From Camelus ferus (Eukaryota): DNA of 64,000 nt. The stretch covers positions 107,448,001 to 107,512,000 of the forward strand of contig NC_045696.1 in NCBI RefSeq assembly GCF_009834535.1, read 5' to 3'. The translations under genes and the position numbers were made by a program. This document shows, piece by piece, positions 37,853 to 50,050 of this stretch. How positions within the stretch are numbered: position 1 is the stretch's first letter; each line of letters starts with the position of its first letter. The notes below the pieces were generated by a model. The model made no database searches. It was not told the DNA's origin and saw nothing but the letters and a program-made list of their open reading frames with translations.

Positions 37853-40800
37853 CTAACTTATTATTTTTTTTAATCCTGGGGGAGGTTGTACATAAGAGGA
37901 AGTTCAAGTAAACAGAACTTTAAAAATACTAATTGAATAAATGAAATAGTTACATCAGTCAAGGTACTATGAAACCAGGGCACATATCTTAGAGTCACAG
38001 TATCTTAGTTTGAACTTCAGAAATCTTCAGATTTTGTAGTCCATAGTTTTCCCCACAATTTATTATATTTTTATACAATAGTCATTGTTGATCCCTTTTA
38101 GAGATTCAGCTGGGTTACTTTTAAACTCCTTCATTGTTTAAGTTCCGTGGTCGTATCTCATCATCTTGTGCATATCTTAAACTGACATTTGGAACTGGTC
38201 CAGAATATTTCATAATCAGTTGAGTCCTTAAACCTCTTAGGTTATTTGAGAACAAGAGTAAGAAGTTCTGAACACAAACAGCATTTCTCTTAGTTTTTTG
38301 TTTAGTTACATAGTATTTTAATTACTAAGTTGTTTACTGTTTCTCCAGGATACATGTATATTTACATTTATCTACTGATTACCAACCCAGTAGAAAAATA
38401 AGTTAAGAGATACTTGTGCTTGCTATTTGTTGAGCAATGTTAATGTTTTCATGCGAAAAGATGTTAACATTAAAATGATAAGTTTTTGATCTTCCCTGAG
38501 TCTGTTTAACTCTTGCTTTAACCTAAGAACATACGTGGTTAACTCTAGGCTAATTTTTTAAAGTGCTTTTTTAGTTCTGCTATCCCCCACTTTCCTAGAA
38601 TGAAAAGTAATATATAAAATATACAAAATGTTTTAGGGCAGAGGACAGAAACTTCTATTTCATTTCATAGCTATTTGAAAATCCTCAAATGATTGCTTAA
38701 TATTTAAGAGTCAGTTTTCAGTTTTCTGTATAGGTAGAATGAATCTGTGAAATTAACTCTGGAGATATTTTAACCTGCTCAACAATTCTAGCAGCTACAC
38801 GCTTAGAGTAATATATATGCTGTAAAAAATAAACTTCAAATATTGGTGGCATATCATGACAGACATTAATTTTCATTTATGTTAATTTCTCATTTATGTG
38901 CTCTTCCAATATAAAAATTAGTATTAGGCATCTTTCCTTCATGTGATGACTTAGGGATTTGTGCTCCTTCCATTTTCTGGCTTCTCTTTACCTTAGAGCC
39001 TCAATGATGTTTGCATTCAGTGGGGAGAAAGAGAGAGAGGATGGAGCAGTACCTACTTCTTAGAAGCTTTAGGCTCCTCTGTTTACATTCCATTGATGGG
39101 GACTTACCAGTACTAGGGTGAGTCAGAATGTAGTTAGTAGTTGGGTACTTGTTACCCACTTTGGTACACACTGTGGAGGGGAGAACACATAATTGCTATA
39201 CTATAGTTACTTTTAGATAATTACAGAGGGAAGGTATGCAGTAAATATTTTTATTTTATTTCTTTGAAACAATAGATGATAAAACCTGTTGATTGGTGCT
39301 AGGATAAGAGCACTAACTGCCTATAAGTTATTTAGAATTGAAGTCCTAAGGAAAGTTAGGAACTCTAGGAATTTTCACAACCTCTATTCAATTATATCCA
39401 AAGGTACCTACTATTTTTCATGTGTCTAGCTTTATTAAACATATTGTTGTTGTTATTTTTTGTGTGCTTGCTGATGTCAAGCTTGTGGCTTTAACTTAGG
39501 ATATTATTTCCAATTGTTTCAGATATTATTAATCTTCTTTATGATATCCCCTAATCTTCCAAAGGCATTATCTGCAGGTATATCACATTTTATGCAGATG
39601 ACCTAGGGTCTATTAGGTAAATAGAGATAAGATTGTTGCTGTATTTGTGGTGATGATAGTCAAATATATATATAAAAGATTATATATGTATATAGTGAGC
39701 TTATTTTATGAAGTTATCTTAAGGAAAATTAGCCTTTATGTACACATACTTCCATGTGTTTATAAATTGTTCATAGATATTTAAATGTATGAAATGTGGT
39801 GCTTTATACTAGCTTTATTTTAAAAGAGGGGACCTAGCTTATTTTAATACTTCTGGTCAAAATACCTTAAGTAGGAACTGAAATACAGGAAACATCATAT
39901 AAATAAAGATATATTGAGGTATAAATGAGATTTTTTTAGGATTTCTTCTTTTGTCCACCTTAGTAAATTTGGAGAGTGTGCTTGTGCAGTTTCTTACTCT
40001 ATACACTAACTTTAATCATGTATAAAACAGAACCCTTCAAAAAATATTTTTCAGGATTTGTTTCCAGACTATAAAGAAAATTATATATATGTTGATGTAA
40101 TTCTTTTGTATTTCCTAGGCTTTGGTCCTAAGCTTTTGAGACAGGAAGACAAAAGAGATTTGTTTCCTCCTGATGAGGACCTTTGATCTAGTACAGGATT
40201 TCTTAACCTGGAATCAAAGCTGAAATTTTTGATAAGCATGAACATAGATGAGGAGAGTGATAAAATTTTGGAATTGATTTTAAAGAAATAAGTGCAGAGA
40301 GAAAATTCGTCTGCAATATTTAAAAGGATTGTTAATGGCATCGAGGACTAAATTTGTAGCAGTATGACTTCATATAACTATTTTATTTTCCTCCTGTAGC
40401 TTTGTAACCAAATATTAGAAATGTGATTTACTGTTCATTGGAAGGAACAAAAATGTACATTGTGATTTGTGCCAGGAACTCCTTTTCAGTAGTTGTAGTC
40501 CTTTGAGGGTTCTGAGTTGCTTGAAACAAGACAAAGACTAATCTGACAAGCACAGTCTTAGAATGTGTTTATAAATGTGGTGCTGTTTGAGGCATCATTG
40601 GGCCCCAATATGAATGTTTCCTAACTGGCTGCAGAAATATGTGAACACACATCTTCAGAAAGTTAAAAACTCCATATCCCCTATTAAAACTCCAGCTTTT
40701 ACCCATCACTTAGAGATACTTACCTTAGTATGTTTTTTGCTAGTTTCTCTTTGTGAGCTCTGTCATCTTGTGACATTAAACTTGATTGTGCTTAGGTGTT

Positions 40801-43724
40801 TTCTTCCTGTTCATTTTAAGTAGATCTGACAAATATTAATCTATATTTTCACTAAGATCCTATATTTTAACTAAGAAGGGTGTAATTAACAGGACTAGAG
40901 AGGGTTATTCTGCAAAATGATAAATCATTTACCAATATCGATAGCCTAACTTTGTTTATGAAATACCAGTATTTCATAGTTTAGGTATCTTGATTTCAGA
41001 AGACACATTAGAGACAAATATTCAATACTTTGAAAGAGTTGTTGCCAACTTTATGACAACTCACCCTTTAACATCGAGACAGGTGTATTTTCACTACAGT
41101 TACCTGTTATGATAATCCGTGTCATCATATCCACTCATACATCTTAGATTTGTTTTCTGTGCTATCCCTTCCTGGTTATTCACAGCCAGCTATTTCACAC
41201 TTTTCCCCTACACTGCATACACTAGCAGATTATTCTTCAGTTATATTAAACACTGGCAGGATTTTTTTTAAGATGTTATTTAAAACATCTTTTTAGAACT
41301 ATTTGATTTATAAAATGTTTCTGATACATAGTTTTTTCATAAATCACACAAGGAACCAATCAATTCCAAAATAAAATGGAAGATAAAAAAATAACTAGGA
41401 TAACTTTAACTTCACTTTTTGCTACTTGAGCAGAAATTCCAGAATAACCTTCTATTAGTGTTTGAACCAACCTCAACACAAGGCAGTTGACAGTACTGGC
41501 AAGAGACTGAAATGATACAGGATTTAGGATAGATTTTTTTCTAGCATAATAATTCATAGCACCCTCTTTCACTCTGTAAGTGTTCTAGTTTGTGTGATAA
41601 ACTGTAATGACACCCCAGGAATAGGTAAAGAAATGATTCAAGATAAAGAGGTTGGAGGGCTAAAGATCTTGATGAGGTTCAAAAGACATGATGTGGGTAT
41701 CAGACATTATGTGCTAAATGGACAGAGATCATACCAGGTAGTATGGAAATACAGTGATTTCATAGATGGAGTAGTTCCTAGATGTCTTGATTGTGAATTG
41801 AAAGTCTGAAGTAAAAATATTGATGATTTTTCAGACTAAGAGAAGTAAATACTGTGAATCTTAAGATATTAGATGTACTTTCATTAACATTGTTGAAATG
41901 GCTCAGGATGGCTTGATTAGGGTAGAGAGGAAGACTATGAACCAGGAAACAAAGGTTGAATGACTGGGGGTGGAGAGAGGGGTGACTCTAGAGGCTAATT
42001 AATGTATCACAAAAAGGAGGAGTGGAAGTACAAAGGTAAGCCACCTGGCAAGGGTCTTAAAGGTTTAGAATGCTGATAAAAACAAAGCGGCTTGAATATG
42101 ATGGTAGCTAGGAGACAGCAGTTATCGTAAAGCACAGAAAAAGGAAGTACTGTAGTATTCTGAGGCCATGGGGAGAATAGCCAAGTTTCAGTTTGGGCCA
42201 AGGAGGTAGAGACAGATTTTGTGAAGTGGTTGAATGTGTAGAGGAATTTTATAGTTCTAGATGTTTTCGGAGGAAATAGGTGGGAAGGAGAATCAGTGGA
42301 AGAAAGAGTGAAGAGAAGGAAACCAAGAACTGTGTAGTTATTTTACAGAAGAAGAAGAAAATAGTATAACTTTGTGTTTTAAATGGTTGTACATGATACA
42401 GATTACATAGTCATCTTAAGAGACTTACTGGCTTCAGATTTCAAAATAAATTTGGCTTAAAATTGGAAATTAAATGCATGCTTTACAGGTATTTTTAGCT
42501 TTGCAACCTAAACTTGACCCCCATTAATTCAATAGTGGGGAAAATACTGAACTATTAGAAGACAAGGAAGGTGGTCATTATTTAACTGGAAAAGTCACTA
42601 AACATTTTCCGCCTGTAGTTTCCTTATCAGTAGTTGATAATCCTGCTTGTTAGGCTTCTTGGGAGAATCAAATGAGGCTGATTTATGTCAGTGTATTGTG
42701 GTACAAAATATTTTAGTTATGCTTGGTTTATGATAAAATTCAAAGCTCACCTTTCATTGGGGCTTGAAGTGGTTTTGATTCTGTAGATACTATATTTTGT
42801 ATTTGTAGATATTGTACGGAATTCTAGAGTACATCATGTTAAAATTTGGATTAAGACTGGAGAAAGTTGTAAGGAGAAGACTTCTGTGAGGTCATGTTTT
42901 GAGCCAAGAAAGACCTTGCCAAGCATAATATAATGTCCCTTACTACAAATTAACCGTGTTCTTTTAAAATGTGTGTTAGAGAATTTATCTAAGAAAATGC
43001 TGCTTAGAATAAAATGTTGAGGTTGATAAAAATAACTCATTTGGACATTCTTAGTTGATTTCTTTTGACACCATTATTCCTTGTAGTAAGGGAGTAATGT
43101 GACTATACATGGAAGCATAGCAGTTCAGAACAGTTCCACAAATTATTTGACATGCAAAAGAGAAAAAGGCAAGTAATGAGTATCTCTTTCTCATTTTCTG
43201 TTCTTTTTTTTTTTAACTATTAAATTTTTGGCAACTTTTTGCTTATCTCTCGAATTACATTTTTAGATTTTCTGGTTCATGAAATACAAACATCTTGAAT
43301 CACTGGTTTACAGAATCCAGACTTAAAGTCTGACATCATAAGCAAGTAGCATTTTCTCTTCAGTTTTCCATTGTCAGCTCCTGCTGGTGGCTTACTGGAA
43401 AACAGGTGGTCAGAGTTAACCTATTACTTGGAAAGCATCTGTTCGATGTGAGGCAAACTCCTTAGTGTTCCTTAAAGTATGTACAGCCTCTTCCAATCAA
43501 GTTTAATGCACAGACTTCCCTCATACCAGATACTAGTTCGACACTTAATGATAGGTTGAGCCCCTCCCTGTCCCCACCACCCTCTCCCCAGGAACCACCA
43601 AGATTAAATGGTTTTGGATATCAGGACCTATGGCAAGCACTTTCTGTATCTGCTGTACCACCTTCCACAGTAAAATCCATATATTCAGCATTTAGTAAAT
43701 AGTTGACAAATATATTAATAACCT

Positions 43725-45055
43725 CATGCCTGTCGTAATAGCTGTCCTCAAAAAGTCTGCAAGTAACAAGTGTTGGAGAGAATGCAGAGAAAAGGGAACT
43801 CTTGTATGTTGTTGGTGGGAATGTAAATTGGTTCAGCCACTGTGAAGAAGTAGTATGGAGGTTCCTCAGAAGACAAAAATGGAACTACTATATGATCCTA
43901 CTCCTGGGTATGTATCTGGAAAAAAGAAAAACACTAATTTGAAAAGATACATGCCCTACATTGTCCATAGCAGCAATTTTTTTTTTTATTGAAGTATATA
44001 GTTGGTTTACAGTGTGTTAATTTCTGGTGTGCAGCATAATGTTTCAGTTATATATACATATATATTCCTTTTCATATTCTTTTTTATTATAGGTTATTAT
44101 AAGATATTGACTATAGTTCCCTGTGCTATACAGTAGAACCTTGTTGTTTATATATAATAGTATCCATAGCAGGAATTTATAATAGCCAAGATATGGAAGC
44201 AGCCCAAATGCCCATCAACAGACAAATGGATAAAGAAGGTGTGGTATATATACAGAATGGGATATTACTCAGCCACAAAAAAGAATGAACTCCTGACATT
44301 TGCAGCAACATGGATGGGCCTAGAGAATATTATGCTTAGTAAAATAAGTCAAAGAAAGACAAATACTGTATGATATCACTTATATGTGGAATCTAAAAAA
44401 TAATACAAATGAATGTATATGCAAGACAGACTCACAGATATAGAAAACAAATTAGTAGCTTACCAAAATGGGAAAAGGGGAAGGGGCAAAGTAGAGGTAT
44501 GGATTTAAGATATACAAACTACTTTATGTATAAACTAGATAAGCAAGAGGGATATCTTATATAGCACAGGGAATTATAGCCATTATCTTGTAATAACTTT
44601 TAATGGAGAATAATCTGTAAAAACACTGAATCAGTATGCTGTATACCTGAAGCTATATTTCAATAAAGTATAATATTTAATATTGTAAATCACTTATAAT
44701 ATATAATATTGTAAATATTATAAATCAACTACATTTCAATAGAATTTTTTAAATTATACAAATGAATCTATATACAAAACAGAAACAGACTCACAGACCT
44801 GGAAAACAAATTCATGATTATCAAAGAGGAGAGAGAAATAGGGAAGGGACAAATTAGGAGTATGGGACTAACAGGTACAAACTACTCTACATAAAATAGG
44901 TAAGCAACAAGGATTTACTGTATAGCACAAGGAATTATATCCAATATTTTATAATAACCTATGATGGAATATAATCTGAAAAAGAAAAACTGAATCATCT
45001 GTGCTGTACACCTGAACATGATATTGTAGATCAACTATATTTCAATTAAAAAAAT
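43725..45055 (+). mobile_element. L1 3' end with a nested antisense L1 3' fragment (43980-44162) and a second 3'UTR in tandem (~44750-45055)
   Basis: L1 ORF2 C-terminal DNA motifs; nested insert has TSD tccatagcagcaattt (43964-43979) / tccatagcaggaattt (44163-44178); acaaatgaat...acagactcacaga 3'UTR block occurs twice (~44405 and ~44758). Confidence 0.88.
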
Positions 45056-45976
45056 TGTTTTTAAATGGTGGCATTTTTAATCCACAGAATTCTGTGTTTT
45101 TTTGATTAGAAGTCAGTAGTTTTTTCTAAATATTTATTGTTTATTTTTATTTCCTTTAAAATTCTTTTAAAATTTATTTATGTATATAATGCAACACCAA
45201 TCTAAATCTTAGGGACTGGTTTTGAAATTGCTAAAGTGATTGAGAAGAACAAATGGCCAAAAAAATTCTGAAAAAAATCTCTACCAATTAGTAGACTATA
45301 TCATAAAGCTGCAGAAAATATTAATGTAAGTGATTGGCTCAACAACTGGCATATGGATCAGTTGAACACAAACAGACCTAAGTATAAATAATAATGTAAT
45401 TTATGTTTAAAAATGTGCCCTATCTGCTTCTTCTCTTCATAATTGTCAACTGATTAACAAAAAAGCAGACTTTCACCTCTTATCTTGCACCAAAATTTAA
45501 ATGTAGTAAAAAATTAAATATAAACAATGACATCATAAAACAATTAGAAGAAATTATATGAAAAATTATTGGATTTGAGAATTTGAAAAGTATGAAAACA
45601 AACTTAAGCATAGTTAAATGTCTTCTGTATTTAGCCTTTTATCATTATATAATATCTATTTCCTGTTTACTGCTTCTAATCTTAAATTCCAATGTGATGT
45701 TAATATTGCCACTTCAGCCTTTCTGGTTTTGTTTATTCACCTAGTGTTTCTTGATCCATATTTTTATTTTCTTCTTTTTAGAAAGCGAATTTTATTTTTA
45801 TTTAAATTATACATATACATGTTTTTTTAGAAAAATCAAATAGTACAGTGATTATAATAGCAATCAGTCATGTCTTTCTGTACCCACTCCCAGTCCTACT
45901 CCTCAGAGTAACGTTTTCATTTCTTTTAGTTTTTTTACCTGGTATTTACTCTACATAATTATTTACTGTTGTTTTT

Positions 45977-48900
45977 CACAGCATTGTGCTTATTAGGTAT
46001 GATGAACAGAAAGTAGTACGGACAAGCAAAGCCTTGGAAAGACATACACAAAAATAGAGGGTGGGTGATAACCTCCTAAAAACATTAGGTGCCCCGTGAC
46101 CACCTCAGTTAAGTATCTGGGCATTCAGTGGTTGGGACATGTCATCAAAATAGTGAACTAGTGTGATGTTTTATGTAATGTAAAGATGATCAAGGTATCT
46201 GTGGACTGTTGTGGTGGGCAGACTCAAGTGTGGCCCTTGGTGATCCCCACCTCGTAATATTTGTGCTCTTGACCCCTCCCTTTGTGTTGATATCTATGAC
46301 TTCCTTTTAACCACCAGTTATAGCGTAGGTGATGGGAGGGCAATTCTGTGATTGCACTATGTTGTATGAAAGACTGTCTTGCTAGCAGACTTGCTCTGAG
46401 GATTCTCCTTGTTGGCTTGACAAAGCAAGTGATTGTATTGGGGAAGCCCTATGACAAGGAACTGTGGGCAACTTCTTGGTCCTTTGAGGGTTGTTTCCAG
46501 CCAATAGCCAGCAGGAGGTCAAGGCCCTCAGTTCTACAACCAACTGCAAGGATATAAATTCTTACAACAACATAAGCTTAGAAGTAGATTTTTTCCCATT
46601 TGAGCCTCCAGATGAGAATGTAGCATACCTTGATTGCAGCCCTGTCAGACCCTAAGCAGAAAATTCAGATGAGCTGTATCTAGACTTCTGACTCTCACAG
46701 ATTGTGAGATATAGATAACCAAGACAACTATATATGACAGAGAGCAGAAAAATTAACATAGTGCTGAAGTAACACTGAAAGGTATACTTTTGTCTATTGC
46801 AGGTAAAAACAACTTTGAGTGGTCCTTGTTAATTGTAGAAAAAGACATTAGTCAGGTTAGTAGCTGCATTTCAAGTGCTAGGGCCTGCAATTACTGTGAA
46901 GGTAACCACCTGATTAAGTTTATGATGAAACATAGTTGTTCTCCAGGATTCATCTTACTTTGTGGATCAAACTGGTGAGTCTAATGAGGGTATAATAGGT
47001 TTCACCACCTGTGCCTCTTTGAAGTCTTTGATTAAATTCTGTAATTACCACAGGGATGTAGTATTTCTTGTAGTTTATTATCTTTATAAGGAAAGGAGGT
47101 TAACTTCCCGTTAGATATTCCTACTGTAATGCCTCTTATCCCATGGGTCAGAAAGTCAGTGTGGGCTTCTTCCAGTTGTCAAGTATTTCTATTCCAAGTG
47201 TATATTTAGGAACTGGGGGAATAGCCATAGGATGAGTCCCTGGACCATTTGGGTTCACTCTTAGACTGAGTTACAATCCCATGTATCACCTGACCCATGT
47301 GTCATCATAAACCTCTAATTTAGCTGGGAGACCACAATGCCAGGAATTGAGGGCACTTCAGAGATAGTGTCTATTAATAACAGCGTGGCTCACTCAGTCA
47401 GACTGGAGTTACAACCTCATCTATCACCTAACCCATGTATCACCATAAACCTCTATAATTTAATTGGTGGGCCACAGTGCCAGGAATTAAGGGCAATTCA
47501 GAGACAATGTCTATTACTAACAGTAAATATTTTCTTTTTACAGTGCATAGTACCTCTCATTAATGGCTGCAAGTCTCTGGAGAAGGAATAGGGGAAGGTG
47601 TGTGGTGTGACTTGCAGTAATTATGCAGGGTTTTATTTTTTCAAGGGGTCCGGTTTCCACTTTATTCAGTAGACTCTAGATCTGTGAGCTAACCCAGTTT
47701 TGGCAACTGGTGGTAAGGCTGTAACTATCCACTCTGTTAGAGACACAGATTTCTGGCTATTAGACCTAGAGTTTTTCCTGTTATATAAATTACAGTACTC
47801 TATTGGGATGTCTACCTATTTTGTTCTTAGGGGTACTATAATCAGTTACTGCCAAACATTTCTATAGGCCAAGTCATTCTGTTGACGAGTACATCCCTAC
47901 TACCCTTTAGGTAATGCGCTCACCTTGTCTTTGATGATTAAGTATGGCCACTTGGGCTGTGTTACCTTGGATCTCATCATCTCCATTGAAACCTGGGAGC
48001 TCTTCTTAATGGCTACATACCTTACACTCATATGAGACTTACAAAGGAGAGTAAACACAGACCTTTGTAAGGATGTAGATGTAGTTCCTCCCTTCACTAA
48101 TGTTCTCATTGCCTTCTGGGCCCTCTTGTGTAACATAGGTGAGGAAAAGCAGTATGAAATTCTCACATGATAAATACAGTCTAACTCCCTAAATCATTAG
48201 ACTCTTTCCTCCATCCATATCAATGCCAGGAAAGCTCTGGCATCACAACCTTTAAATCCAACTTTTAGTGCACCAATTAGATAATAATTATAGTCATGTC
48301 CAGCTACACGAACTAATGTATTAAATCTGATATTGCTAATGAATGCACCCATGCCAGTGAATTTGTTCTGATGTAGCATATTCCACCCACCTTGGTCAAA
48401 TACTTAGGCATCTACTGCAATCCATGGTCCTTCAGTATCTATTGGGTATGTAAGCTGTTTCCTCTTGGGTCATCGTGTGTACCTTTCCCCCTGGAGCATG
48501 CTGAGTTTTGACCCTAGTTATGGACCTAATGGCAACAGGGGTTGGTTGTGGTGGGTCTTCAGGAGAATGAGCATCCCCCTTCAAGGCATCTGCCCTGGTG
48601 AGATTATCAGAGGGTTTTTAAATAAAGGAAGTCTGGTGTTCTTAGATGCTGGGAAGCAAGCTAGTTCCACTGGTATGGGAGGCTGTCGGTTACTGGCGGG
48701 GTTTGGGGGAGTGGGAACAGGGTCAAAATTGTTAGTTTCATCTAGGACCAACACTAGATGTCTCCATTCCAGTTTTAGGATCCCATTCTTTCCTAAACGC
48801 AAACTTTTTAATGCAAAAGTTGGTGAGACTGAATTCAACTGTTGTAATTTAGCAACCTACACAATTAAATTTTTAGCTTGATTTTCAGCAGTATTAGCCC

Positions 48901-50050
48901 CATACCTACAAGAAAGATTTTTGTAAGGGAATCATGGAAGCTCTCTGGTTCTGACACTGTGACCTAAGCTGAGAGTTAATGGACTTGAGCTTGTCATTTT
49001 CTCAAAGGTGCTCCATTGTACACAAAAGTATCTCACACTGCTGTCCTCACAGTCATCATTACTATCATAGTGGCAAATATAGCAGCCACTTAAGTTCCTC
49101 AGGCATGTGCTTGAATTGACGCTTCATCACAGTGAACCACAAGTAATAGCTTCACTGATTTTCTGAACTACTGCATGCCATAGATTACTAGCATCCTATT
49201 TCCTTGGCAAGGAGCTGAGCCCTGTGCTTAATCCCAAAGGCATGACCAGACGAGTCCCCAAATCTCATCTTCACTAGTATATCATCTGGAACCATTCCTG
49301 GGACTAATTCTATACCAATCTGGTGTCAATCAGGAGTCAGAAACTACAGAGTAATTTGAATTGGTAAAATTTGTTTACATAATTGTTAAACTATGTTAGA
49401 AGAGTAACTATAAAGATGTAAAGATAACACTGAATTTATGAGGGCTGAAGGACATTTTACAAGGAAAGACACCCTTGGAAGAGGGGACTTCCCTTCTCCA
49501 GGCTAGGTTCAGATGTTGTTGGAGAAGATAGAGTTACAGCCTATTGAATAACAGAAGATGTTCACTGAATTGCCTTAACCAGAACTGGCTCACAGTAGCT
49601 GGGCAGCAGTAAACAATACTCTGAGATACAGTTATGTTCAGTATGGTAGACAGTTGTACAATGGAAGATGAGGCACTGATGCCGGCATGAGACCTGGAGC
49701 ACGCCAGTGTCTGTGTCACTAGGGCTGCGTCAGGAGGGTAATCACTAACCTCAGCCTGGGGTAGAAAGTTGCCAGAGGACTGCACACTCTTGACATGAGC
49801 CTGGGACAGACCACTACTGGATTTCATTTCATACACTCAGCAAGAGCAAGAAAAGCTAAACTCTGACACATGGAACCCAGGGAGAGAAGCCCATTTTCCT
49901 TCTACAGTGTCCTTCCAGAGTTCTATGCTAATAAAAGCTTAACATAGTGCTTACTGTGAAGGAGAAATGCTTATAAAGTCCAGTTCATTACGATAGAGCA
50001 GCTACTGTAGAGTATCTTTGGAGCTGAGGTGCAGTAAATTGACAATTGAT
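45977..50050 (-). mobile_element. Decayed ERV-L provirus: 5' LTR ~49311-50050, PBS-like ~49287-49306, gag ~47600-49200, pro/pol remnants ~46800-47530, inverted RT piece 45977-46140
   Basis: Minus-strand gag-like remnant near 48720-48830 (cf. ERVL KVRALIGKEWDP); protease-like LIDTISEVPSIPG (cf. LLDTGSELTLIPG); RT-like AATNLTNVFF (cf. AAIDLANAFF); ttagtcccaggaatggttccag next to the LTR resembles the tRNA-Leu PBS. Confidence 0.78.
46210..46725 (+). mobile_element. MaLR MLT1-type solo LTR inside the ERV-L relic
   Basis: tgtggtgggcagactc...tgatccccacctc...gacaaggaactgtgggcaac...aggccctcagttctacaacc...gagcctccagatgagaatg...ttgattgcagcc; MLT1E/F-like. Confidence 0.78.

Noticed and set aside
40100..40345. 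Strong-looking acceptor ttcttttgtatttcctAG (40118) as an alternative exon
   Set aside because: No convincing downstream donor or recognisable coding content.
47600..49200. Co-opted ERV-L gag ORF (Fv1-like)
   Set aside because: No long open frame; only short out-of-frame remnants.
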